A stretch of 63,951 bases of DNA, counting the filler, from Octopus bimaculoides (Eukaryota): NCBI RefSeq assembly GCF_001194135.2. It is 6 parts of 6 records of this genome, joined end to end, with 100 filler letters (N's around TTAATTAATTAA, not from the genome) between each part and the next. Parts side by side here need not be neighbours in the genome. Positions count along the whole stretch, not along the records: positions 27,018 to 58,311 come from NC_068986.1; 5 more parts are not named here. One strand, 5' to 3'. This document shows, piece by piece, positions 39,391 through 53,363 of the stretch. Positions within the stretch are counted from its first letter, which is position 1, and every line of letters starts with the position of its first letter. A program made the translations under genes and the position numbers. The notes below the pieces were generated by a model. The model searched no databases, was not told where the DNA came from, and was given only the letters and a program-made list of their open reading frames with translations.

Positions 39391-39603
39391 CAGAATCGGA
39401 TGTAGAAGAAACTTGAATAATATCTATTGTGTTTTAAACCCTGTCAGTCATCAACGGAGGGATTGTGCTGTGTGATGTGTGTGTTGATGGGATGGCTATC
39501 ATCTGTCAAGATGAAGCAATCATTATATATGTGTGTGTGTGTATACACGTATATGTATGTATATGTATGCATGTATATATCTATATATATACANNNNNNN
39601 NNN

Positions 39604-39660
<57 letters not shown>

Positions 39661-40176
39661 CGATATATACACACACACCTTTACTCCCACCCCCCAAATT
39701 GCTGGCCTTGTGCTAAAATTTGAAACCAATAATAAGATAAGGATAGTAGATTGACAGAATCGTTAGTGTCAGAAATTTTTTACTTTCTGATTTCAAGAGA
39801 AAAAAATTATGAGGCACTTAATTAACTACAAACCCCATTGAATTGTAGCCAATATTATCAACTTAACTTTTCATCCTTTTTTTGATGGTGGTGGTGGTGG
39901 GATGTCAATAAAATAAGTACCACTTGCACACTGGGGTCGATTTAATCGACTTGACCCCTCCCTCAAACCTGCTGGCCTTGTGCCAAAATTTGAAACCAAT
40001 TAGAAATCAAAATTAAGGTTAAGGGGGGATAACTCATAGTTAACGTTGTGATGATTTTTTTTTTCTCCTGTTATCCTTTTTACCAGCTTTAATTTCTTCC
40101 CCACTTTCTCTCTTACACTCGTACTTCGTGTCACTAACATTTTTCTTTTGCTTCCTTTCTACCTTTTGCAATCTAC

Positions 40177-40247
<71 letters not shown>

Positions 40248-40520
40248 GCACGCGTACACACATCTTTTGCAAAAATGGCTGATAGAGACTTCGAAGTTTC
40301 TGTCTGCTAGGTGCGCGCATGCGGGTGCGCGTATGTATGTATTTATGTATGTATGCATGTCCATTGATCATGGGAGGTAAACAACAGCAAACCTGTATGG
40401 CTTTGTTAAATGTATATTTAAATGATTCTATTGAATATTCATACAAGTCTTTCTCTTTTTTTTTCTCTCTCTCTCTCATGTACATAATATCTAATATGAA
40501 GTTTATATTTTATACATCAG

Positions 40521-40690
40521 ATGGAGGAACAGAAAGAAGTCAGTGATGTATCGTGTGTTTTCTGCAGGCATTGTTCTTCATTTATTAGTCAATTCTGCTT
40601 TTACCTGTGGTTTTCTATATTTGTCATATAAAAATTATCCAGGAGGTTATGCCATTGATAAATTACACAATCTAGAAGATCCTACATCAG
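40521..40690 (+). CDS. ALG12: ALG12 exon (170 nt): (I)WRNRKKSVMYRVFSAG...SYKNYPGGYAIDKLHNLEDPTS
   Basis: catcag| ... |gtaaac; NYPGG motif; phase 2 to 1. Confidence 0.95.
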
Positions 40691-41894
40691 GTAAACTGTT
40701 TTATTATCATTCTATACACAAAGGTGGCGAGCTGGCAGAATTGTTAGCTTGCCGAGAAAAATACTTAACAGTGCTTAATCTATCTTTGTGCTCTGAGTTC
40801 ACTTGCTGCGTAGCTCAACTTTGCTTTCATCCTTTTGTGGTCAATAAAATAAGTACCTGTTGAAAACTAGAGCCAATGTCATTGACGTATCCCCACCCCT
40901 GTAATGTGCCCAAATTTGAAATTATTATTATTCTATACACATACATGACTGTTTTAGGCCATTGTTGGAGCTGCAACCTGGTTTGTTGTTGGAATCATAA
41001 AATGATCTGCAATTTGTTAATGCCTTAGCCTAACTTTTGGTTTGATTAAAAATAAGGTTTTTCATTTTCATGTAGTATTGTTATAACTTTTAAGAAACCA
41101 AAAAGAGCCTCTGCTGGGTTTTGTTTCAGCCATTTAGTATTCAGTTTTCCAAACTGTGTAGGGTCACATACATCTGCAAATGTAAACAATAATCTGACTA
41201 AAGTGACTTCCAACACATGATATATCTAACTATACACAACTAATTCTGACAGTAAACTGATCTTGTGTTTGATTGTTTATCTGATCAAATTATTGGTATG
41301 TATTTTGAAAGTGCCAGCACCACGAAAAAATCAGCCCGTGCTGGTGCCATGTAAACAGCACCCAGCACACTCTGTAAAGTGGTTGGCATTAAGAAGGGCA
41401 TCCAGCCATAGAAACCATGCCAAAACAGACAATTGGAGCCCGGACAGCTCTCTGGCTGGTTAGCTCTAGTCAAACCATTCAGCTCATGACAGCATGGAAA
41501 ACAGACATTAAATGATGATGATTTGAAGTATTGAAAAAGACTCATGCAGAATGTAAAGATAAATTAATCTTTGCTGAAAAGGACTTCATAACTGGTAACT
41601 ACTTTATAAACAATGGGTTATACAGCCAAATTCCAATGCTTTTAGAAGTTTTTATATCTCAGAGTTTCAAAATATGTTTATAATTTTGTGAGCTANNNNN
41701 NNNNNNNNNNNNNNNNNNNNNNNNNNNNNNNNNNNNNNNNNNNNNNNNNNNNNNNNNNNNNNNNNNNNNNNNNNNNNNNNNNNNNNNNNNNNNNNNNNNN
41801 NNNNNNNNNNNNNNNNNNNNNNNNNNNNNNNNNNNNNNNNNNNNNNNNNNNNNNNNNNNNNNNNNNNNNNNNNNNNNNNNNNNNNNNNNNNNNN

Positions 41895-41926
41895 CTTCCT
41901 TCCTTCCTTCCTTCCTTCCTTCCTTC

Positions 41927-41989
<63 letters not shown>

Positions 41990-41990
41990 T
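41895..41990. repeat. (CTTC)n/(CTTT)n compound microsatellite; representative of many TA, CA, GA and TATG arrays in the window
   Basis: Direct reading; these arrays produce most of the YIYI, CVCV, THTH, ERER and poly-I/N ORFs. Confidence 0.97.
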
Positions 41991-41999
41991 TTAACTTGT

Positions 42000-42330
42000 T
42001 TAGCAAATGCTTTGCACAGATTGAATGGTTCTCTTGTCACATCTGACATAAACTGACTCCTCCACATTATATACAACTTGTATGCACAACTCTTCTGATG
42101 GTGTATTCTGAAACCTTGAGGTCCTTTGCAATGGCTCTGATTGACTTACTGGGGTTTTATCGATTATTTTTTGGACATTTTGTCCGAAGTTATGTGTTCT
42201 GATGTTATCAGGACTCTGTGCATGTATTTTGCATTTAGCTTCTGATGTTGGATCCCCATCAGCAGCTTCCAGCTCCTTTCGTGCTTTGACAAAATATGAC
42301 TGGGCAACTTTCAGGAAGTCCACTATACTG
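42000..42330 (-). mobile_element. N-terminal (HTH) fragment of another maT/Tc1-like transposase
   Basis: RTHNFGQNVQKIIDKTP, then a frameshift to SKSIRAIAKDLKVSEYTIRRVVH, parallel to the HTH block at 48400-48500. Confidence 0.7.
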
Positions 42331-43722
42331 CACTTTTAAGGCAACGATTACAGTGTGCATTTTCATTTGCTGAGTCAACCTGATGTCTGACGTTATTTAT
42401 TTGAAAAATAAGAAATAAAAAAAGTTAAAAGAAACTTAGAGCTCTATATATACATACTCACTCCCAACACACAGATGTATGTGCACCGACAGTTCATGGT
42501 ATGTATTCAGTAATTCATTATTCTAAAATCCAAATTTTATAAAGGTGTCATTTTTTTTTCAGGGGGCACAACTCAGGTCAACTTAGTAGTTCTTGCTACA
42601 AAAGTACATTAATAAAAATCATAAACATTGCAGATTCTGCCGACTGGAATTATTTATAGAAATCTTTTGACAAATAAGACAATTTTTGGTTGCATTTAAT
42701 TAATTTTGTTTAGGAAACGAAAATTCTTGTACGATTACTCGTATTAGCCTCTGCACCGTCTTTTGACTTGCTATAAATAGTAGCCAACTCACCCCTGTTT
42801 CATATTTCTGTGTCCTAAAAATAGAAGGGCTCATTGCATAATGCAATTTTTGATACACTACGCCTGGAAAATAAAAGAAGGTTATGGTCACGACTGGAAT
42901 GACTTCGATCTTAGGTCTTCACGTTTATGGTCGATATAATGTTTAACAATGACAACAACAACTAAAATTTTCTCCTAATCTATTACTTTTTATTCATTTT
43001 ATTGCATATATTTATGAAGAATAGAATCATTCATTGTATGTTTGAGCTAAAAAGAATCGTATTCTCTGTATGTAATGATCCTAATGAAATTCTTTGTAGT
43101 AACTGGAGATCAAGCAAGAAATTATTAGTGCACATCACATGGAAATTACCCCCCCCCCCCAAAAAAAAAACAAAAACAAAAACAAAAAAAACAAACAAAC
43201 AAAAGACTATATTTTAAAATTAAACATTTAGGAAAAAATATACAGAATACAATTTCTCACTTGGTCTTATTAATAATCATACTTGTGAGTAATAAAATTA
43301 TCAATAATGTTTTTCAAGAGAGTCAGTTGTTGGTATTGATTTTCTAAAGGCTGAATGAAATTATATTCTAAAAATCTAGTGCACCCATATACTCCTCGAA
43401 AGTACACCAATAGGCTACAACACAATGAAAATCATTTCGCTAAAATGATTACAATTTCTTGTCAAACCAGTCTTGCTCACAGACAAGCTGGCTGGACTAA
43501 TTTTATCTCCATTTAATCAATGCTGACACACTTGTTTCTCGTCATATGCTACCCATATTGTATCCAAATGCTAGGCCCTACACTAATTACTAACCCCCTT
43601 CCTTACAAAATAAATTCCCACTTTGCACAGGTTGTTTTTTCACCTGCTAAAACTGACTTGCAAACTGTTCAAGAGGAATGTATTTGATATCATTAATTTT
43701 GGAGGACAGCCTTCCTCTAGAC

Positions 43723-43958
43723 CAGCGATTCTCAACCAGGGTCCATATAAGATTTAGTTGTTAAAATTTATGTGCAACAAATTGTTTATACTTTTACAAT
43801 ACACAAAATAATTTAATTTTTTTATACAGTTCCTAATACTATTTAATTATAAAAATACAGTAGGATTTGTTTAATATAAATTAAATAGCTATGTAGATCC
43901 AGTAGAGTTTAATAGGAATCAACAGGATTCATAGGCAAGAAATGGTTGAGAATCACAG
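43723..43958. mobile_element. hAT (Charlie-like) MITE
   Basis: TIRs CAGCGATTCTCAACC / GGTTGAGAATCACAG; the left 8-bp flank CTCTAGAC fits the NTCTAGAN target preference, and the right flank CATTACAC is a 5/8 match. Confidence 0.75.
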
Positions 43959-44039
43959 CATTACACAAATTCTATTAAAAAAAGGTTAATCCTTCTTTAA
44001 CAGAATTTTCCAACATATTTCCAGGAACTCTGGCGGTCC

Positions 44040-44112
<73 letters not shown>

Positions 44113-44351
44113 CCATATGCATATATGTGTGTTTGTGTGTAGTCTTGTCTTAACATTGTAAATGAGTGTCACTGTCATACAATTAATATTGTTCATTTTC
44201 TATCTTCAATGGCAAAATATCATCTTGCTAGGAAATAAATGAGGGTTGGCAACAGGAAGGGCATCTGGCTGTAGAAAATCTGTCTCAACAAATTCTGCCT
44301 GACCCATGCAAGCATGGAAAACTAGATGTTAAACCAATGATGCTGATGTTA

Positions 44352-44640
44352 TACATGGTCTGATCAATAAGTATCCGGACTGTTGTTATAGTAACAAAGC
44401 TAAAGCATGGAAAGTGAAGCTGCTTGGCACAGATTGATCTTAAACACTGCTGTGCATGCACACTAAGTTTTAACGTTCTAGCTTACTTCCACTGCTTACA
44501 GCAGTGCTTGGAAGGAAGGTGTGTAGCATGTGATCTTTGCATTAACCATAACAGAGAAAGTTGAGCAGAGAATCTGCATCAAATTTTGCCAAAAGATTGG
44601 CAATACTTGCTCAGAGGCCTACACAAAGTCTTCATAAAAT
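44352..44640 (+). mobile_element. mariner 5' end fragment
   Basis: TAcatggtctgatcaataagtatccggac TIR-like start, then EQRICIKFCQKIGNTCSEAY, a mariner transposase N-terminus. Confidence 0.75.
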
Positions 44641-45402
44641 TTATATTGTCCTCGACACAATCAAGATCTTGTGCAACTGAATGTTTTTTGATCAGCTGAA
44701 AGCTGTTTTAGCACAAACTTGGCAGACATGCGTCTCATACCCAAATCTTCAAGTGATAATGGACTGAACTGTAACAAATCTGCATATCCTCTGATAACTC
44801 ATGGATGGTGATTTGACAATTTCCCCTCACAGCTGCATGCACATCTGTGATGTTTTTCTCAGTTATGCTAGTTGCGGGTCTCCCAGAGCGTTTGTCAATA
44901 TTTTTTCTGAACCATTAAGTTATGGGGATGTAAATAAACTAACACCAGCTCTCAAGGAGTGGGGTACAAACACACACACACATCTATATAAAACAGGTTT
45001 CTTTCAGTTTCCATCTACCAAATCCACTCACAAGGCTTTGGTTGTCCCAAGGCTATGATAGAAAACACTTGTCTGAGGTTCCACATAGTGGAACTGAACC
45101 TGGAACCATGTGATTTGGAAGCAAAATCTTATTAGACAGCCATGCCTGCACCTATATTTATTGGTTAATTACATGGAAATTAGCTTGTAGTAATTCTTTT
45201 ACTAGTTTCATTCATTGTACTCCAGCTATACTTGGGCACTACTTTGAAGGGTTTAACCAATCAAATTGTCCCCAGTACATGTCTTGAAGTCTGGTATTTA
45301 TTCTATCAATCACATTCTGTAGTTACAGAGGCATAAACAAACTAACACTGGTTGTTGAGCAGTAAGTGACAAACCTAAAGATACATGCACATGTACATGC
45401 AT

Positions 45403-45469
<67 letters not shown>

Positions 45470-46205
45470 TGCATGCATACATACACACACATATAACCAG
45501 CTTCAACACTATTTTCATCTACCATATTCACTCACAAGTCATTGGTTGGCCTGGGGTTTTAGGAGAAGGCAGTTGCCCAAGGTGTCCAACAGTAAGACTG
45601 AACCCAAAGCCATATGGTGGTGAGGTGAACTTTTTAACCCTACAGCCATTCCTATGATGATATTCTTAATTTTATATATACTCTTGGTGTATTCCTTAAA
45701 ATAGGGTAATCCTAGCATCTGCAGATAGTACAGTGGGCCTACAGGAAATATCTCCTGATAGGGAATTGCAAGGAATTTTAGTTTAATCCTTTAGCATTCA
45801 GATTATTCTGTCAAATGTAATGCTTATTTATTCACATTGTTTAGAATTAATCATACATTATCTCATAGCCTTGAAATTTCAATGATGTGATTGTTTATTT
45901 TTAGAATGACATTATAGGGTAGGTATGAGAGGCTGAATCTGGCCAGGTTTAACATTTCCAATACCTGCCTTGTGACCTCTGATGGATCATCACTGTCAAA
46001 CCTTTCAAACACAGTTTTTCTGAGTCTTTTAATCACTTACACAATTTAACTTCATGAAAAGAAAAATAAAGATTAACAAAAATATATAATAATCTTTATG
46101 TAGGGGTTCCCTAAGATATGGAATGTATGTTGAGGGTTATTCAAAAGTAAAATGGTTAGGAAACATTGTTCTGTATAATGTAGCTTATAACTTTCTATTT
46201 TCCAG

Positions 46206-46281
46206 ATGTTCATGTGCACATAGATATTACTGCAGCTCAGACTGGTGTCTCTCGTTTCTTGCAGTTGAACCCTCACTGGAA
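46206..46281 (+). CDS. ALG12: ALG12 exon (76 nt): [25 protein letters not shown](K)
   Basis: ttccag| ... |gtatgt; [13 protein letters not shown] motif. Confidence 0.95.
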
Positions 46282-46361
46282 GTATGTCATTGCTAACATT
46301 TCTTTTCTATGTTGCTTTATTTGACATTTTTTTTTACCTAAACAATAGACCAGGAATTTGT

Positions 46362-46399
<38 letters not shown>

Positions 46400-47704
46400 T
46401 AGAGAGAGAGAGAGATAGAGAGAGAGAAACTACAATCAAATTGATCCTCTTACACAAGCATTTATTTCATTCATACTCAGCCACAGAGGGATAAAATGTG
46501 ATGAAGATCTTGGTAGGACTTGAGAGAAATGAGACTAAACTGTTGTAAAGTCCAGTACTGTTATCTTTCTGCTCTGTCATAGTGGCAGACATAGCAGAGC
46601 ACTTCATGCAAAAATACTGATTTCTTTCAAGTTAGCCTCTTTATGGGGGTCTTGATTTGCTAGAAATTGCAGCCAAATCTGTCCCCCTTGAAATCAAAAA
46701 ATATTATTTTAAAAATAGACAGACAGAGTGGTAAATGTTAGATACCTCCATATTAGAAAGAAGGACAGAATGGTTACAGCTGGAATGGTTCACATGATTA
46801 GGATTGACCTGGTGTTAAGCTAGAATGACTGGATTCTTTATAATATTTAGATTTTGGCACAAGACCAGCAATTTTTTTTTTGAGGTGGGGCTGTAAGTTG
46901 GTTATCCCACCCCCAGTGCTCGACTGGTACTTGTTTTATTGATCCCAGAAGGATGAAAAGCAAAGTCGTCCTCGGTGGAATTTGAACTCAGAATGTAAAG
47001 ACAGATGAAACACCACTAAGTACTTTGCCCAGTGTATTAACCATTCTGCCAGTTTGCTGTCTTACAGTTTCTTTACAACATTGATGGTTGGTGACAGCAG
47101 TTCATATAAAACGAGTATGAGTTATAGAATTAACAAGTTCATGAAGGAAGAATACTTGTAGTTGCACAGGAAACCATGGAACATCATGGGAGAACACCAT
47201 ATTTTTCCTTATACTTTTTTGATAATTGAGTCAGCAAGGGAGTTTCTACATAAGTAATTCCAAACTAGTTTTGTGGGCCAGACTGAAGCATAAATTATAT
47301 ATTTTGGGCCAGATAGGGACAGCTATTTCTAAAATCTCTATTCACAACATAGGCCAAAGTAAATAGATAAATGGGTCAGTGTACACTATTGCAACTTTAT
47401 TATCAGCTTAGAAAAAAGAGCAGCAAACTGGTAGAACCATTATCCTGCTAGACAGTGGCATTTCTTCTGGCTGTATGTTCTGTGTTCAAATGCTACCAAG
47501 GTCGACTACCTCTCATCCTTTTGGAGTTTAATGAAATAAGTGCCATTTGAGTACTGGGGTTAATGTTATCAATAGCCCTCTCCCCCCAAATTTCAGGCCT
47601 TGTGTGCATAGTAGAAAGGATTATCATTATAGAAAAGAAAAATATGAGGTATTAGCAAAGTTTGTGTGCAGAGATGTGTGGGAAAATTCATTTACATGAT
47701 ATAT

Positions 47705-48828
47705 ATATCGTCTAAATTATGCAAAATTGAAAATAACACTGACATCTCATTTTAACAGATATATTTACCAAAATTACATAAAAATATTTTGAAATACTTA
47801 AGAGTAAATTTATTCAATAAAATCATCATTGACTTCAACCACAGCCTCTAGACGACTTTATAATCTCCTGCAACTCTTCTGGATAGTCTCCTAGTTTTGT
47901 TGGTCTCTTGCTCAACTGCACCCCACACAAGAGTGTTGCAGTCTGGGGAGTTAGGTGGCCAGATGTTAGGGGTAATGTGATTGCAGAAATTGTCTGACAG
48001 CCATGACTGGGTTCTCCTGTTTGTGTGGCATGGTGCAGAGTCCTGTTGCCAGACATAGAGTCTTCTAGCAATCACCCTCTAGACCCAGGGCAGCACTTGA
48101 TGTAGGTCTCTGTGTTGAGTCTGAGGCCATGTGGGAAGATAAATGGAGGCATAATGTTGCCATCACTAGTGATCACTCCAAACACCTTGATGTTGACTAG
48201 ATGTTTGATTTTTATCCTTCTTGGTACATGTTTTGGCAGGAATTTTTCTCGTCTGAGAAAAACCAAAGCATGTTTGGTTGGAGGGGATGCTTGAGTTTCT
48301 TCAAAAGCTTCATAGAATGGTCTTTCCTCTTGTCCTTGATGGTTTTGGATAAAAATTGGCTTTTTTCTCATCTTGTATAAGGAATACCAAATGTCTTCAT
48401 GCACTACTTGGCTGATAAGAAACTCAGACACTCCCATGTCCCTCATGATGGACTTGATTGCCTTGGAGGGATCGTTGTCAATCATGGCCTGAATCTCACC
48501 AACAAATTCAGGAGTTCTTTTCTTATCAGAACACTCAGAGTGAGTTTTCCAAACCACTGTACCTTTATAATCACCATTAGACTCATCCAACTCTTTCTGA
48601 ATACTCTGTCCTCATGTTCGTATTGGAGCTTCTGGTGTGAATACCAAGCAGTACAGCATGTCATTTCCAAATTTCCAGCAGAGTGAATTGCATCATGGTG
48701 CTGTTTTCTCACAGATGGTGCCCAACTGACCCTACTCTACTGTGTAGTCAACAAAATCAAAAACAAACAATGCACAAGAATGAAATTGAAAATATAAAAC
48801 GGCAGCAATTTTCCCATCGCATCCTGTA
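47705..48828 (-). mobile_element. Near full-length decayed DD37D (maT) transposon, same family as 34993-35716
   Basis: RTPEFV..IDNDPSK HTH region, VFGVITSDG, WQQDSAPCH and WPPNSPDCN; terminal TAcaggatgcgatgggaaaatt at 48828. The left boundary is approximate. Confidence 0.9.
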
Positions 48829-49109
48829 ATATATGTATATATATATATAGTAACAAAAGAGCAATAAGATTGTATATTTTTATATATCATCATCATCATC
48901 ATCATCATTGTTGTTTAATGTCCGTTTTCCATGCTGGCATAGGTTGGACGGGTTGATGAGGTCTGGAGAGCCAGCGGCTGCACCAGGATCCAATCTGAAA
49001 CATTACCAGATCAGATTGGAGCCTGGTGCACCCACTGGCTCTCCAGACTTCAGTGAAACCATTCAACTCATGCCAGTATATTCCTGTTGATAATTTATCC
49101 TAATTACTT

Positions 49110-50929
49110 AATTTTAGGTAAGAAAAGTTCACATCTTTCTTCACTCAGTGTGAAACTAATCTCTTATTTTTTCAAAAACACATTTTACAAGCTCAACATG
49201 CTGATCCCGAGATTCACTTTTAATTAATATATCATGCAGGTATGAAATTGGAAATTCACAGTCCGCTAACATTGCATCCATAACCTGTTGAAAAGTTGCA
49301 GGTGTGACCTTTAGACCAAATTGTAATCTGTTATATTTATATAGTCCTTTACGAGTATTCACTGTTAGGTATTTTGAGCATTTCTTGTTTACTCTAATTT
49401 GTAGGTATGCATCGGAGAGATCCAGTATCAAAAATATCTTGCCCCCGTTTAACTTCACAAAAATATCCTCCAGAGTAGATAGCGGATAGTGACATGTTTT
49501 CAGACATTCATTCAAGCCAGTAGAAAAATCGGCACACACCCTGATTTTGTTATTCTATTTTTTAATACACACCACTGGAGCTGCCCATTTTGCATATTCT
49601 ACTTTTTGGATGATTCCAATTTTCTCTAATCTGTCTAATTCTTCATAGACATGTTTTATTGCAACAAAAAGTACTGTTCTTTTTGGTTTGAACACTAGTA
49701 TTGCATTTTCCTTAATTTGGAAATATGCCTCAGTCTTAGTACACAAACCCAATTTATCAGACAACACTTCAGGAAAAGCAGTTAATTTTTCTTCAATTCA
49801 TCTGATGCCTTATTCTTACTGGAGGAACAATTATTTATGGTTTTACAGAATAGATTTATGAGGAGGTTCCATAAATCAAACAACTTCTTCCAGTCAGTAC
49901 TGAACAAGTTTGTTGCATTTTTTAACACTAACACTTGGTTTACAGGTTTTACCATGAAATGTAATGTCGCTTACCATTTCTTCTAAGAAGTGTAATCTTT
50001 TACCAGTGACACCTTGCACACTTTTTGATGTTTTCTTTAATGTAGGTTTCCTAATTTTCTTCCATGTGTTGGTATCAATAATTGTAATGGTGCTACCTGT
50101 GTTTAGTTTTAGTTTCATGTTCACATTGTTTATTTTTACATACACATACTTTCTTTTCTGGATGTCGTCACAACTGTCTGTTGAGCAAACCTTTTTAGAA
50201 GAATTTTTTTTCGACCTTTTTTGCTTCACTATGCAGTGTGTGCTTTTATGTCCTATTTTTTGACAACTAAAACATTTCCAAGTTTTAAATGGACAGTCTT
50301 TCTTAAAATGCAAACCTCCACACCCATAACATGGATTTGGTTGTAATATTCTTTTTTGTCTATTTATTCCCAGTCGACATGTCTATAGTTGAAAGAAATT
50401 TTTTTCTTCAGTTTTCTTTATGCCCTGTTGCAGGTAGATAATTCTTTGACATTCCTCTACTGGTTTAAACACTCCCAACAAGTGTTAAACAAGGAACTCG
50501 TATCCTTGAACATTTTGGATAGCAATTCAATTGTTTCCTCGGACCAAATTTCACTTGTTTTCGAATCACTCATTGCCAATTGTTGTAACGTAGATACCCT
50601 CATCACCACTTTTGTATCATGGTTTCTGTATGCCACTTTTATAATGTGGACTTACAACCGTGGGATATATGATACTACGAAAATGGGGTAGACACTGTCT
50701 CCACTTCATGTACTCTCAAATACTCTGCCAACAACTGTAACAAATCTAAAACAACTCTCAATGAATTATAACAACTTCACAACAATTTCTTGCGACTCCA
50801 CGAACTCACTAATGACACCTTTCAACTTCCTATGATTTCTCATCTCTCACTTTTAGTCAAACTTGCTGCTACTTATATGAGTTAAGCTTGTCCATTCTTA
50901 CAGGGGGTGTCATGATTCTCACTATAACA
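49110..50929 (-). mobile_element. Decayed Ty3/Gypsy LTR retrotransposon fragment (putative LTR, gag knuckles, protease, RT)
   Basis: CGGLHFKKDC and CFSCQKIGHKSTHC knuckles, LNTGS (from DTG) protease, and RT CADFSTGLN..LDLSDAYLQI..RLQFG..YLHD (from YLDD); putative LTR TG(50929)...CA(50709) followed by PBS-like TGGAGACAG. Confidence 0.9.
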
Positions 50930-53070
50930 GAATGTATGTTAATATATGTTACAGAAAATTTTAAAATTAGAATAATGATTTTTTTATAAAATTGAGCTAC
51001 AGGCTAGACTAAACATTGCCAAGGGTGGGATCTGCTCTGTGGGCTGTCTGTTTGATACTTCATGAAATAGTCACCAAATCTTCCTCAAGCTTCACACTGC
51101 TATCTTAAAAAGATGAAGATAATGTTGTCTTAGAAACCTTTACACTTCAGGATAATTATGGCTGGAACATCTTTCATTATAGGCCTACTCTACCGGTGTT
51201 ACTATGGGAGTAAATAGTTGTGACGTTATAATATGCCTTGCTTTTAACACCTGTGCCTGGGTGTCTTTAGCAGAGCCCACTCAGTTGCAAGAATTTGGAC
51301 CAGGGTCTCTGGTTTGAGAATGACTTTCTCTCTTCCTTCCATCAGCTATAGAGTAGAATTATGAGCACTGTCTATTCCCCTGATAAAAAAAAAAAAAAAT
51401 GTTATATAGCGAGCTTCAAAATATTTTTTAATTGGTTAAAATTATTTTCATATTAAAAAATAAAAAAATAATAACCTTTAAGAAAGACAAGGGAGACAAC
51501 TCAGATATCCATATTAAAATGTGAATGGGGACATGTAATAACGAGTAAGTCTGATGTTTGATAAGTACAGTGACATCTCTGGACGTAATAAGGTCATGTT
51601 AAACCTCCTTGGTGAATCATAGTTTAACTCATACTTAACAGGCTTTAAAATGACTAAGAGATCAACATTTTTGTGTTAAAATTATTTAGTAATTAGACAA
51701 TTTGAAATAATGGCATTGAAGAATTACGTAGTGATGCCTAGAATGCATGAGGTATTTGAGGAAATATTTGGTAATTTAATAAAACGACTCTAATCTAGCA
51801 GAAACCAAATGTATTTTAATACAATTATGTGCACATGTTCTTGATAAGCTTTCCTATGAATCCACCTTCAGTTCTGATGATTGCTTCAGTGAGGGACTGG
51901 AATCGTTGACATGCTTTGTACTAAATGGTCTTTATTCGTTTCAAGTATCACCTGGACAGTAGTAGCCTTTGGTGAAGCAGTGGTATCGTGAGGATGTTGA
52001 TTAGTTTACCTTTCAACAACACTCCAAACGTCCATTGTATTTAAATCTGGTGAGGCCACAAGATTGGTGTTACATGATCGTAAAGGTTGCATGGCATTCA
52101 TTCATGGGTTATGTGGGCTTTGTGAGAAGGTGCTGAGCCTTGTTGAAATATGTGATCTTCCACTGTGTACTTCATCCATCCAGGGTTTAGCAACTCTCTC
52201 CAGTGAATATGTTGCTTCATATAGTTCTTATCCTTCATGGGGTTAATTACAGAAATAACTGTGAATGATATATTGCCAGATAGAAGAGATGATATTCTAT
52301 TTCAAGACAGTTCCCATCCATTTGACCTTGGTTTTGATGTGATTGGTTGATTCATTTTTCATAGTGGTGAAAAAATGCAATTACTTTCAGAACACCGTAA
52401 TATATATATATAAACACACATACATATATACATATAGATATACATACATACATACACACACATGCACATATATTTGTATGCACACATGCATACATTCCCA
52501 CATATATGTATAAATACATAATACACGCTCACACATGTATACATACAAACCTGCATGTATACAACAACACATATTGAAATGCATATGAACATATACACAT
52601 ATATACATTCAAAAATATACATGCAAATACATATTTATATGCATGTACATACAGATACATACACACTCACTCACACACGTACATATATATGCATGTAATG
52701 GTGAATAAAAAATATCAAAAGTTTTTTTTCAATCTTATGTTTTGATATGTAATTACTCTGCAAAATGTATTTTCAACTCTTATACCTATCTCATGCAAAT
52801 ATAACATCTACAAATGACGTTGAGTACTGGAATGAGTAGATATGTTTCAAGAGGATACAACATGGATTATAACCCTATCTATATAATGTATACACACATA
52901 TATCTCATCCAACTCATGCCAGTACAGGAAGATTTAAAAATGATGATGATGATGATTAGATGTTAAACATTGTGTACATTAGTTTGTATAAGTTTGTATT
53001 TGTTAAAATATGACTCTTTTCATATATCCTTTATATCCAGAAAAATTATCCGGAAAAATTCTTGTTTTAG

Positions 53071-53308
53071 GTATAACAAAACTGAAGGCCTACCTCCAGG
53101 TGGTTTTGCAATGCAAAATTTCACTCATTTGCTAATTGGGACAAATGATGAAGAAGCCAATGAAATTCTTCCCTATAAAGAGACTCATACTGTAATGGAT
53201 GTCTTTTTAGGATTTCACAGAATTAAAATAAACTGGAATACCATTCCTCCTGTTGATGTTATAGTAATACCAAAAGTGTGGATCATGAAGAAGAAAGAAA
53301 GTGTATAG
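53071..53308 (+). CDS. ALG12: ALG12 terminal coding exon: YNKTEGLPPGGFAMQNFTHLLIG...IPPVDVIVIPKVWIMKKKESV*
   Basis: ttttag|g; completes the split codon from the previous exon; YxKxE motif; stop TAG ends at 53308. Confidence 0.92.
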
Positions 53309-53357
53309 ATTTATGTATAAAACATATGATATATGTATATTATATATATATATTGGA

Positions 53358-53363
53358 AATAAA
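53358..53363 (+). promoter_or_regulatory. Candidate ALG12 polyadenylation signal AATAAA
   Basis: First AATAAA about 50 nt after the stop codon; weak evidence in AT-rich DNA. Confidence 0.35.

Noticed and set aside
51874-51910. CTGATGA ... GAA hammerhead-like pattern in an ALG12 intron
   Set aside because: Stem II cannot close next to the core (6 extra nt), and I could not build stems I and III.
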